Positions 7,954 to 15,924 of a stretch of DNA of 32,000 nt are shown piece by piece (positions within the stretch are counted from its first letter, which is position 1; each line of letters opens with the position of its first letter). A model generated the notes under the pieces. It did not search any database, was not told where the DNA came from, and was given only the letters and a program-made list of their open reading frames with translations. The stretch is from Candidatus Korarchaeum cryptofilum OPF8. GTDB lineage: Archaea > Korarchaeota > Korarchaeia > Korarchaeales > Korarchaeaceae. The DNA lies in assembly GCF_000019605.1 (NCBI RefSeq), contig NC_010482.1, positions 210,001-242,000 of the forward strand. Reading direction: 5' to 3'. Both the position numbers and the translations under genes were made by a program.

Positions 7954-8085
7954 TTAGGATAGGAGCACTAAGTGATCCACTATCACAAGGCCGAGGACGA
8001 CTAAAAGAATCCCAACTATTGCGAGTACGTATAGCTCCGCATCCTTTGAGCTCTCCCTAGCCCTCAGCCCAGTATAATGGTTCAT
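7954..8085 (-). CDS. Possible 43-aa single-TM protein (the 86-aa ORF-track version probably over-extends)
   Basis: MNHYTGLRARESSKDAELYVLAIVGILLVVLGLVIVDHLVLLS. The 86-aa form (to 8214) would run through the HEPN promoter and start codon. Confidence 0.2.
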   Translation of the reverse strand: MNHYTGLRARESSKDAELYVLAIVGILLVVLGLVIVDHLVLLS

Positions 8086-8110
8086 ATCTGCTGGAGAATT
8101 CTCCGTTATC

Positions 8111-8180
8111 GATGAGAATCCATTAAATGAGAATCCCCAGATATATGGCCCGATGGTATACACTATGCTGGATGAGAATG
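8111..8180 (+). promoter_or_regulatory. HEPN-MNT promoter with three phased (G/A)ATGAGAAT direct repeats flanking the TATA box and start codon
   Basis: ATGAGAATCC occurs at 8112-8121 and 8127-8136, both exact 10-mers, and ATGAGAAT occurs again at 8172-8179. Offsets are 15 and 45 nt. ATATAT at 8141-8146 lies about 22 nt upstream of the ATG at 8165. Confidence 0.4.
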
Positions 8181-8590
8181 AGTACTCGAGGTGGTTAAAA
8201 GCAGCTAAAAACACCTTAAAATCAGCTCAAGGAGATCTTGAGAGAGGAGATTTTAATTGGGCTTGCTTTAAGGCCCAGCAAGCTTCTGAGCTATCAGTTA
8301 AAGCACTACTGCACGGTATCGGGTTACCGGCTTACGGTCACAGTGTATCGAAGTTATTAACGAACATTCCTGGGATCGAAGTGCCAGAGGATATTTTGCA
8401 AGGTGCGATCACTCTCGATAAGTATTATGTGCCTGCGAGGTACCCCAACGCATGGCCAGAGGGATCTCCTCATGAATACTTCTCAAAATCTGACGCCATA
8501 AGAGCCGTTAAATATGCTGAGGAGATCATAAAATGGGTTGAGGAAGTATGGAAGTACTTAACAGGAGGATCGAATTTAGGAGGAGTGTGA
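8153..8590 (+). CDS. HEPN domain protein (PF05168-like)
   Basis: The pattern AQGDLERGDFNWACFKAQQASELSVKALL...YGHSVSKLL...LDKYYVPARYP is typical of archaeal HEPN proteins. An alternative leaderless start is ATG at 8165. Confidence 0.8.
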   Translation: MVYTMLDENEYSRWLKAAKNTLKSAQGDLERGDFNWACFKAQQASELSVKALLHGIGLPAYGHSVSKLLTNIPGIEVPEDILQGAITLDKYYVPARYPNAWPEGSPHEYFSKSDAIRAVKYAEEIIKWVEEVWKYLTGGSNLGGV

Positions 8591-8904
8591 TAGAAGGCGT
8601 TAGAAAGTGGGCTGAGGGGTTACCATTTAAAGCGACTGTAATCCTGATAGGTTCCTATGCTAGAGGTGATTTCAACCTGTGGAGCGATGTGGATATAATC
8701 CTCATAGCCGAATTCCCGGAGAGGAGTCCGGTGGAGAGGCTCATGAGAATAGATCATCCACCGGGCTATGAGGTGATACCCCTGACCCCCGAGGAATTCG
8801 CTGATATGTTCGGAAGGAAGGAGCCCATGATTATGGAGGCATTGAGGAGCGGTGTTCCGATCAAGGATGATATGGGGATATTGAAGCGATATTTACGCCC
8901 CTAA
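8548..8904 (+). CDS. Minimal nucleotidyltransferase (MNT), partner of the HEPN protein
   Basis: GSYARGDFNLWSDVDIILI is the GS-x9-DxD pol-beta-type NTase signature. It overlaps the HEPN gene by 43 nt. Confidence 0.85.
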   Translation: MEVLNRRIEFRRSVIEGVRKWAEGLPFKATVILIGSYARGDFNLWSDVDIILIAEFPERSPVERLMRIDHPPGYEVIPLTPEEFADMFGRKEPMIMEALRSGVPIKDDMGILKRYLRP

Positions 8905-8966
8905 TATCAGCTACTTCCGAATATTCCTAAAAATTCGGCTTAGAAAGGGATCTTCTGAGCTCTGAA

Positions 8967-9854
8967 TCATATAGATAGAGATCGATAGAAGGACAAGAGA
9001 GCCTCTCTTCCGAGTATCTCCCTATCCAAATACTCGATTATTCTGAGGGAATCGAAATCCTTCCTGAAGAGCTCAATGACATCATCCTGATTCCTCTTGA
9101 TCTTCTCGAGACCCTCACAAGGGTTTGAGAGGTACTTATTGATGATGAGACCCCTCACCCTTATACCGAAGCTGCTGAGCTCCTCCCTTATCCTCTTTGA
9201 TATCTCATACGCTATCATCTCGGGTGTCGAGACTATGTAAGCTTCATGGTACTCGCTAGCTAGCATATCGAATATATCCTCAGCTAACTTCCTCCAGCTC
9301 CCTATGAGCTTAAGTGGATCGCAATCCTTACTCCTCATCCTCTCTAGGAATCCCTTCAATCTCAAGTATAGCTTTATAGCATCTCCCATATGCTCATATA
9401 ACTCCTTCTCTATTCTCAGGAGCCTCAAGCTACTGCTCGAGGCGGGAGTATCCCAAACTATAGCATCGTAACTCCCATCCTCGAACAGCTCGTAGAGTAG
9501 GTATAGGATGAACTGCTCTGCTATCCCCGGAGCCCCGGCAACGTAATCCATGAAGCTCTCATCGACGGGGAGGAAGGAAGATATGACATCATATACTTCT
9601 GAGCCGAATCTATCCTTCCACTTCTTTATTACAGTAGCTTCATCCAGTTCCATCGCATAGAGGTTATTATATCCGTCTACTCTGGTAGGTGAGCTCCCCA
9701 TCTTGACTTTGAGCACATCAGATAATGTGGGGGTCAGGTCCGTGGTCAGCAGTAGCACCCTCTCACCCCTAACTTCGGAGAGGCCTACAGCTAGAGCTGC
9801 AGAGCACGTCGTCTTCCCGACGCCCCCTTTCCCCCAGAAACTTATCAGCCTCAT
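8967..9854 (-). CDS. ArsA/Get3-family P-loop ATPase (divergent)
   Basis: Deviant Walker A GKGGVGKTT, then TTDLTPTLSDVL (compare STDPAHSLSD). The switch II region is DTPASSSSLRLL where the family has DTAPTGHTLRLL. Confidence 0.75.
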   Translation of the reverse strand: MRLISFWGKGGVGKTTCSAALAVGLSEVRGERVLLLTTDLTPTLSDVLKVKMGSSPTRVDGYNNLYAMELDEATVIKKWKDRFGSEVYDVISSFLPVDESFMDYVAGAPGIAEQFILYLLYELFEDGSYDAIVWDTPASSSSLRLLRIEKELYEHMGDAIKLYLRLKGFLERMRSKDCDPLKLIGSWRKLAEDIFDMLASEYHEAYIVSTPEMIAYEISKRIREELSSFGIRVRGLIINKYLSNPCEGLEKIKRNQDDVIELFRKDFDSLRIIEYLDREILGREALLSFYRSLSI

Positions 9855-10022
9855 CCCGGTACCTTTCCGTGAATACTTTTAATTTTACTCACGATGCGTA
9901 TGCTCACGACTTCTGATACTAGGGAGCCCTGAACTCGATGGGAATTCCGAGTTATCTCTGCCGCATCACCAATTCCACCGATATGATATTAATTAAGCGG
10001 CCCCCGGGAGGAGGGGGATGGG

Positions 10023-11384
10023 ATGAAAGTAGCACTCATACTGGCCGGCGGATTCGGGACGAGGCTATGGCCCCTCAGCAGGAAGGACTTCCCGAAGCAA
10101 TTCGCGAAGATAATAGGAGATGCTTCAACGTATCAGCAATCCCTGAGGAGAGCTAAGCTCATGGCCGATAGGATAGTCGTAGTCACATCAAATCTATACA
10201 AATACCTAGCTGTGGGGCAGGCGAAGGAGATAGATGTGAATCTGGATGAGGATGATCTAATACTCGAGCCCGAGAGGAGGAACACCGCTCCAGCTATTTA
10301 CTACAGCCTCATGAGGATAAGCGAGAGGTTCGGGCCCGAATCAATAGTCGTCATCCTCCCATCGGATCACGTTATAATGAATGATTCCGAGCTCCTCAAA
10401 GCATATATGAAATCGTTGAATGCTGCTAATGATAGAGTGGTCCTCATAGGAGTCCCTCCATCCAAGCCCGAGGGGGGCTTGGGTTACATAAAGCTGGGGA
10501 AGGAGATAATTGAAGGCGTAAGAGAAGTTGAGATGTTCAAGGAGAAACCGGGGCAGAATGAAGCTGTTAATATGCTTAAGGAAGGAAACTGGGTATGGAA
10601 TACGATGATAATGACCTTCAGGGCTTCTAAGATGATGGATTTAATAGAGAGGACGCTGCCGAGTGTGGCGGATCCCCTGAGGAAATTCGAATTGAATGAA
10701 GCCTATAAATACGTTCAGGAGATAGATGTGAGCTCAGGAACACTATCAAAGGTCCCAGAAAGCTTGGCAGTTGTTTTAGCGAGGGACTTAGGTTGGAGCG
10801 ATCTGGGGAGCTTCGAGTCCGTATATGAGCTACTGCAGAAGGATGCGGAGGGGAATGCGAGGAGCGGGAAGGTCAGATATCATGGAGCCAAGAATAACCT
10901 GATACTTTCGAAGAGACTCGTAGCCCTCGTTAACGTGAATGATATGATAGTGATAGATGATGAAGATGCTATACTAGTGATGCCGAAGGGGAGTGGCCAG
11001 GATCTTAAGGAGTTAGTCGAGGGCATGCTGAAGGAGGAGCTCCCGGAGGTCATAGAGCATAGGGTTAAGTATGAGGAGTGGGGGACGAAGACGATACTCC
11101 TGACTAGCGAGAATTATGAGGTGAGCAGGCTGAAGATATACCCAGGCAGATCTTTAGGGCCTAAGAGGCACTTTCACAGGTCTATCTACTGGCAGATCCT
11201 AAGCGGGACTGCCAAGGTGATCTTGGATGGGAATGAATCCATTATAGCGAGAGGTGAGGGGATAAGGATACCCCTAGGGCTTCCCCACAGCATAATAAAC
11301 GTCGGTAAAATTCCGCTGGAGGTGATAGAGATAGCTACGGGGGAGTATCTTGGCTCGAATGACGTAGAGTTCCTGAAGGCCTAA
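10023..11384 (+). CDS. manC: Mannose-1-phosphate guanylyltransferase / mannose-6-phosphate isomerase (bifunctional type)
   Basis: N-terminal LAGGFGTRLWPLSR NTP-transferase motif and a C-terminal cupin (GPKRHFHRSIYWQILSG...GIRIPLGLPHSIINVG). Confidence 0.9.
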   Translation: MKVALILAGGFGTRLWPLSRKDFPKQFAKIIGDASTYQQSLRRAKLMADRIVVVTSNLYKYLAVGQAKEIDVNLDEDDLILEPERRNTAPAIYYSLMRISERFGPESIVVILPSDHVIMNDSELLKAYMKSLNAANDRVVLIGVPPSKPEGGLGYIKLGKEIIEGVREVEMFKEKPGQNEAVNMLKEGNWVWNTMIMTFRASKMMDLIERTLPSVADPLRKFELNEAYKYVQEIDVSSGTLSKVPESLAVVLARDLGWSDLGSFESVYELLQKDAEGNARSGKVRYHGAKNNLILSKRLVALVNVNDMIVIDDEDAILVMPKGSGQDLKELVEGMLKEELPEVIEHRVKYEEWGTKTILLTSENYEVSRLKIYPGRSLGPKRHFHRSIYWQILSGTAKVILDGNESIIARGEGIRIPLGLPHSIINVGKIPLEVIEIATGEYLGSNDVEFLKA

Positions 11385-11397
11385 CCGGTATCCATGA

Positions 11398-11418
11398 GGA
11401 TAACATATATAATTATCC
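11398..11418. promoter_or_regulatory. Inverted repeat GGATAA-N9-TTATCC bracketing the TATA box of the PhoU/TrkA-C gene
   Basis: GGATAA (11398-11403), CATATATAA spacer, TTATCC (11413-11418). The ATG is at 11440. Confidence 0.35.
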
Positions 11419-11439
11419 AAGGGCTATGGAATTGGAAAA

Positions 11440-12630
11440 ATGGAGATTGAGATAAGGAGTGTGAAGGAGATACTACTCGAGATGAAAGAGCTATCAGAGT
11501 TCGCTCTGAGTCTCGCATATGCGTCTCTCATGTATAACGATGAGGAACTGGCGAATGAGGTATTCAGCCTTGAGGATGAGCTCGATACCCTAACTCATGA
11601 ACTCTTCAAGGTCGCGATAATGTCAGGGGCCTCGAGGAGGGAAGCTGAGGCATTAGCCGGTCTTCTCGATATAGGAAGGGCTGTAGATGAGGTATCCGAT
11701 GCGATGGCAGATCTAGCGAGGCTCGTCGTTAAGAAGTTCCCGATACACCCCTCGATAAGCTGGATGCTATACAGAGCGGATGAGGTCATAGGTTTGGTGA
11801 GAGTCGATGAGGGATCTTCCCTGATCTCGATGAGCGGTGAGATGGCTAAGGATCCAGTTAACTTATCTGGTTGCGAGATCTTGGCTCTCAAGAGAGGAGG
11901 AAGGTGGATTTACAATATCCCAGAGGAGCTGGAGATAGAGAGAGGAGATATCCTGCTAGTCGAGGGACCCATGGAAAGCGTGGAGACCCTCAGGGCTCTA
12001 GCTTCAGGTAAGAGGGAGGAGTACGTACCTAGGGCCCCTCTCGAGGAGATAAGCGATGAAATCAGGAGGATATCGGAGATGCTGAGCAGCATGAGGAACC
12101 TATCGGAGCTCTCCCTCTACTTATCCTATGCTGCTATGTTCTACAACAATGTGGAGATCGCTGTGGAAGTGAAGAGACTGGAGGAGGAACTCGATGAACT
12201 GGAGGATGAGTTCTATGAGGTCTTATTCTCATCCATGAAGTCCCTCAGGGATCCGAAGGAGCTCATCCCTCTCATAGGAGTAGCATCTTCATCCGAGAGG
12301 GTTGGTGATGCCGCCTATTCAATAGCTTCCCTCGTGGAGAGAGGAATAACGGCCCATCCCGTGCTAGAGATGGTAGTGGAGGAGAGCGAGGACACCATCT
12401 GCAGGCTGATCTTGGAGGAGGGAAGCGAAGTCGCTGGGAGGAGGATAGGAGATATAGATCTCGAGGAGCGCACTGGGGTCTGGATCCTAGCGATAAAGAG
12501 GGGCTTGAGGTGGATATTCGACCCCAAGGATAGCGAGCTGCTTATGGAAGGGGATCAGCTCATCTTGATAGGGAAGAAAAGAGGGATAATGGACGCAGTA
12601 AAAATACTGGGAGGGAGGATAGTAGAGTAA
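11440..12630 (+). CDS. PhoU-like + TrkA-C (RCK_C) domain protein, internally duplicated
   Basis: Two homologous halves are visible in the translation: KEILLEMKELSEFALSLAYASLMYNDEELANEV versus ISEMLSSMRNLSELSLYLSYAAMFYNNVEIAVEV. Each is followed by a TrkA-C-like beta domain (...RGDILLVEG / ...EGDQLILIG). Confidence 0.8.
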   Translation: MEIEIRSVKEILLEMKELSEFALSLAYASLMYNDEELANEVFSLEDELDTLTHELFKVAIMSGASRREAEALAGLLDIGRAVDEVSDAMADLARLVVKKFPIHPSISWMLYRADEVIGLVRVDEGSSLISMSGEMAKDPVNLSGCEILALKRGGRWIYNIPEELEIERGDILLVEGPMESVETLRALASGKREEYVPRAPLEEISDEIRRISEMLSSMRNLSELSLYLSYAAMFYNNVEIAVEVKRLEEELDELEDEFYEVLFSSMKSLRDPKELIPLIGVASSSERVGDAAYSIASLVERGITAHPVLEMVVEESEDTICRLILEEGSEVAGRRIGDIDLEERTGVWILAIKRGLRWIFDPKDSELLMEGDQLILIGKKRGIMDAVKILGGRIVE

Positions 12631-13503
12631 TTACTTTTTCTCGAGGGCCTCCATCAATTTAGGAACGAACTCGTAGAGATCCGCAACTATGAAGTAGTCG
12701 CTCACCTCACCTATGGGTGCCTCGGGATCTATGTTCACCGATATTACCGTATCCGCATCCCTGAAACCGACGACGTGTTGAACTTGCCCGGATATCCCGA
12801 GAGCTAGATAGAGCTTCGGCCTCACCCTGACTCCAGTCATCCCGACGTGCCTCTCCTCAGGCAACCACTTCAGATCAGCTGATATCGGTCTAGTGCAAGC
12901 TATCTCAGCCTTAAGCAGATTAGCGAGCTTCCTTATCATCTCCAAATCTTCCTTCCTCTTCAACCCTCTCCCGACGGATACTATAACATCGGCCTTAGAG
13001 AGGTCCACTTCCGCGACCTTCTCCCTCCTCTCCAATATCCTGACCCTTCCCTTGCACTCATGGGTTATGGATTCCCTCCCCTTGGGCTCACCGAGAGAGG
13101 GCTCGAAACCGCTTAGATCCACGCTAACTACGGAAGGAAGCTGGGAAGAGAGGACCTCCAATCCTCTCCCACCGAAGCAAAGCTTAGTGGCTAAGAGTCC
13201 TCCCTTCAAACTTAACTGGACAGCCCCAGCTACGTATGGAGCTCCTATTCTCACAGAAAGCCTTGATGCAACTTCTCTCATGTCCCTGCTGGAAGGGAGG
13301 GCTATAAGATCGAATCCCTTGGCCCTCTCAGCCGCTAAGTTCACCCAGCATTCGTTGGCGCTGAAATTAGCTATCAGAAGCTTATCAACCCCTACCTTAG
13401 CATCTCCGTTAGTTATTGCTTCGACATAACTGGGATTCAACCCAGAAATAGCGGAGAAAAGCTTTGGTAGATTGGAAGCCTCTGAGATCAGAAGGATCCT
13501 CAT
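12631..13503 (-). CDS. etfA: Electron transfer flavoprotein, alpha subunit
   Basis: C-terminal FAD-binding region: VSVGRG...RPKLYLALGISGQVQHVVG...VISVNIDPEAPI. ATGA overlap with etfB. Confidence 0.9.
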   Translation of the reverse strand: MRILLISEASNLPKLFSAISGLNPSYVEAITNGDAKVGVDKLLIANFSANECWVNLAAERAKGFDLIALPSSRDMREVASRLSVRIGAPYVAGAVQLSLKGGLLATKLCFGGRGLEVLSSQLPSVVSVDLSGFEPSLGEPKGRESITHECKGRVRILERREKVAEVDLSKADVIVSVGRGLKRKEDLEMIRKLANLLKAEIACTRPISADLKWLPEERHVGMTGVRVRPKLYLALGISGQVQHVVGFRDADTVISVNIDPEAPIGEVSDYFIVADLYEFVPKLMEALEKK

Positions 13504-14264
13504 GAGATCACCCCCTTCTCCCTTAGAACGGAGATAACCTCCCTTAAAGCGGGCTCTAGATTTCCTTCGAACTTCTTCCTCAACCTCTCCCTCACATAGG
13601 CTTTTACCTCAACTAAATCGACATTAGGAGCCTCTAGGTTTAGATCACTTGACTTCACCGATATCTTCTCCTTCTTCCCGGCTTTCATTATCTGAAGGAC
13701 GCTAGGTATTCTGGGCTCATTTATCTCCGATGTGACGGAAACTACAGCTGGCAGCTCGGTTTCAACGAGCTCATAGCCAGTCTCCAGCAATCTCTCTCCC
13801 CTTATAACGTTTCCCTCGATCTCCAGCTTTCCAGCGAATGTTATCGATGGAATTGAGAGGTACTCAGCCAACATAGGGGCTACTGCACAGCTATACTGAT
13901 CTGAAGATCCCTCACCGCACAGTATTAGGTCATATTTAATCCCCATCTTCCTTATAACTTCGGCTATAGCTTTTGCAGTTCTAGCGGGATTGGTACCGCC
14001 GATCCCCTCGACGATGAAGGCCTTATCAGCTCCCATGGCCAGAGCCTCGTTCAGTATTGTTTCATCGTAAGGCCCGGTCACTACACTTATGACAGTTACG
14101 CTGCCCCCGAACTTCTCCTTTATCCTCACGGCCTCCTCTATCGCGTTCTTATCTATATCGCTCACTTTGACGGGGGCCTTTTCCAGCAATAACTTATCCC
14201 CCTCTATGGGTATCTGAGTCTCATCATACGCGAGCTTCACGCAGACGACTACTTCCAAGGCCAC
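13500..14264 (-). CDS. etfB: Electron transfer flavoprotein, beta subunit
   Basis: VVVCVKLAYD..., NAIEEAVRIKEK, LILCGEGSSDQYSCAVAPMLAEYL. The start is GTG at 14264. Confidence 0.9.
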   Translation of the reverse strand: MALEVVVCVKLAYDETQIPIEGDKLLLEKAPVKVSDIDKNAIEEAVRIKEKFGGSVTVISVVTGPYDETILNEALAMGADKAFIVEGIGGTNPARTAKAIAEVIRKMGIKYDLILCGEGSSDQYSCAVAPMLAEYLSIPSITFAGKLEIEGNVIRGERLLETGYELVETELPAVVSVTSEINEPRIPSVLQIMKAGKKEKISVKSSDLNLEAPNVDLVEVKAYVRERLRKKFEGNLEPALREVISVLREKGVIS

Positions 14265-14330
14265 CCCGGGCTCCCTGAGAAGTATATTTTTTAAACATTA
14301 TTTGTACCGAGGGACCGGATGGGAAGTCTA

Positions 14331-15332
14331 TTAACTGAGCAATCTCCATAGCTCATCCATCACAGGTTCCGATATCCTCTCGGAACTCCCGTCCTTCCTG
14401 AGCAGGATCATTCCACTCTCCCTATCCGTGAGCTCGCCTATCACACTCGCCCTCACACCCTCCCTCTCCAGGGCTGAGATGAGCTCATCAACGCTCTCCC
14501 TCGATACAGCTATAAGCAAGCTTCCTGAACTTATTAGCTTCAGAGGATCTACCTTCAGGGCATCGCATATCGCTACAGTCTCCTCTCTCAGTGGTATCCT
14601 GTCCTCGTAGATCCTGAACCCCAAGCCAGATGCTATAGCTAATTCCTGCACACCCCCCAAAACCCCTCCCTCGGTTGGATCGTGCATGGAGTGAACTCCT
14701 TCAAACTTAGAGGCAATAATGGATTCCTTTAGAACGCTTATATCCTCTATGAAGCTTCCAGCTCTCTTAAGCAATTCCTCATCAATCCCCCTGCTTTTCA
14801 ATTCATTGAAGAGCTCAGTTGAGAGTATGGCAGTCCCCTCCAACGCGCATTCCTTCGTGAGGACTATTAGGTCACCCAACTTAGCGTCCCTAGTATTTAG
14901 GACTCTCCTGCCCAATCCCATAGCTGTAGTGACAACTATGTTGAAGCCGAGGTTGGGAGTGACTTCAGTGTGGCCGCCTACAATAGAAGCTCCCACTCTC
15001 CTGGCAGCATCACCCACCTGCTCCACCAAGCTCAGTATCTCGGACTCATCAGCCCCCTCCCTGAAGAGGAAAACAGGAAGGAGCCAGCGTGGCCTCACGC
15101 CTCTAGTAGCTATATCATTCGATGCAACGAAGACAGAGAGCCACCCAGCGAGCTTCCCCCCACCAGTAACTGGATCTGAGTGTATAGCTAGTAACTCGTC
15201 CCCCACCCTGAGGATAGCAGCATCCTCACCTATCGAAGGTCCGAGGATGACATCTTCCTCAGATGGGAGGGGAAGTCTCGAAAAAATCTCCCCGGCTAAG
15301 AAGTCAGGCGGCAGCTTTCCCCTCAACTTCAT
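14331..15332 (-). CDS. AIR-synthase-related (PurM/HypE/ThiL superfamily) ATP-dependent enzyme
   Basis: Superfamily N-domain motifs GEDAAIL...AIHSDPV...NDIATRGVRP...IVGGHTEV. 333 aa. Confidence 0.8.
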   Translation of the reverse strand: MKLRGKLPPDFLAGEIFSRLPLPSEEDVILGPSIGEDAAILRVGDELLAIHSDPVTGGGKLAGWLSVFVASNDIATRGVRPRWLLPVFLFREGADESEILSLVEQVGDAARRVGASIVGGHTEVTPNLGFNIVVTTAMGLGRRVLNTRDAKLGDLIVLTKECALEGTAILSTELFNELKSRGIDEELLKRAGSFIEDISVLKESIIASKFEGVHSMHDPTEGGVLGGVQELAIASGLGFRIYEDRIPLREETVAICDALKVDPLKLISSGSLLIAVSRESVDELISALEREGVRASVIGELTDRESGMILLRKDGSSERISEPVMDELWRLLS

Positions 15333-15335
15333 CCT

Positions 15336-15815
15336 TCAGAGCACCTTCTTCAATACCGGGGTCAGGATATAAGATAAGAGTATGCCAGATACGGCCTGGA
15401 AGCTATTCCCCGGGAGCTCCGCTAGAGCTGCACCTAACCCGTAGATGATCGTCTCTACGATGAAATAGCCCGCTACCATCTCAATTCCAGCTAATATCAG
15501 CAGGATTATCCTGAGAATCCCCTTCTTATCCTTAGAGAGGCCTGCTATGAAGCCCTCTATCCCCTTTATTACTAGAGTGAAGGGCGCCCAATGGCCGTAA
15601 CCGGTGAGGAGATCGGCTAAAGCTGAGCCCATGCCTCCGGAAATTGAGCCGATGATTGAGCCGAAGAGGGAACCTGAGAGCATCACGATAGTGTCCCCTA
15701 AGTTTATGTAGCCTCTAGTGGGAGGTGTCGGTATCTGTATCACTATAGTAGCTAGAGCTGTCAAGGTAGCCATAACACCGACTGTGGCAACGAACTTACT
15801 CATCTCCCTGGGCAT
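15336..15815 (-). CDS. ECF-transporter S-component-like membrane protein
   Basis: Small glycine-rich protein with about 5 TM helices and a GYINLGDTIV motif. ATG starts are available at 15815 or 15803; the ORF-track start at 15869 is TTG. It ends 3 nt before the PurM-like gene. Confidence 0.65.
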   Translation of the reverse strand: MPREMSKFVATVGVMATLTALATIVIQIPTPPTRGYINLGDTIVMLSGSLFGSIIGSISGGMGSALADLLTGYGHWAPFTLVIKGIEGFIAGLSKDKKGILRIILLILAGIEMVAGYFIVETIIYGLGAALAELPGNSFQAVSGILLSYILTPVLKKVL

Positions 15816-15887
15816 ATCGATCCATCTATTCAACGAGGGAGCTAAGTAAAGCGTTGCTGAACGTTGCAATTCTGCTTAAGGGAAAGC

Positions 15888-15903
15888 TTAAATATATATA
15901 AAA
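15888..15903. promoter_or_regulatory. Shared A/T block for divergent promoters (TTTATATA on the minus strand at 15895-15902)
   Basis: TAAATATATATAAAA is centred about 29 nt upstream of the regulator ATG (15925). It predicts a minus-strand TSS near 15872. Confidence 0.4.
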
Positions 15904-15924
15904 GCAAATTTAATTGGATGGTAA

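Noticed and set aside
8917-8938. Hairpin CCGAAT-N10-ATTCGG in the 62-nt convergent spacer between MNT and the ArsA-like gene, considered as a bidirectional terminator.
   Set aside because: The stem is only 6 bp with a 10-nt loop. Archaeal termination relies on oligo-T rather than hairpins. A T5 run on the minus strand (8929-8933) is the more likely signal. Not strong enough to call.
9938-10156. 72-aa ORF overlapping the manC start.
   Set aside because: It is out of frame with a strongly supported manC N-terminus (LAGGFGTRLWPLSR), is Arg/Gly/Pro-rich, and has no motif or promoter geometry.
14719-15372. Long antisense ORFs in the six-frame track: 14719-15372 (217 aa), 18156-18746 (196 aa), 12893-13429 (178 aa), 30232-30684 (150 aa), 16460-16867 (135 aa) and 194-568 (124 aa).
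   Set aside because: Each lies fully opposite a gene with strong family motifs. Their translations are low-complexity and Ser/Leu/Pro-rich with no recognisable motifs, which is typical of the shadow frame of AGG/GAG-rich coding sequence.
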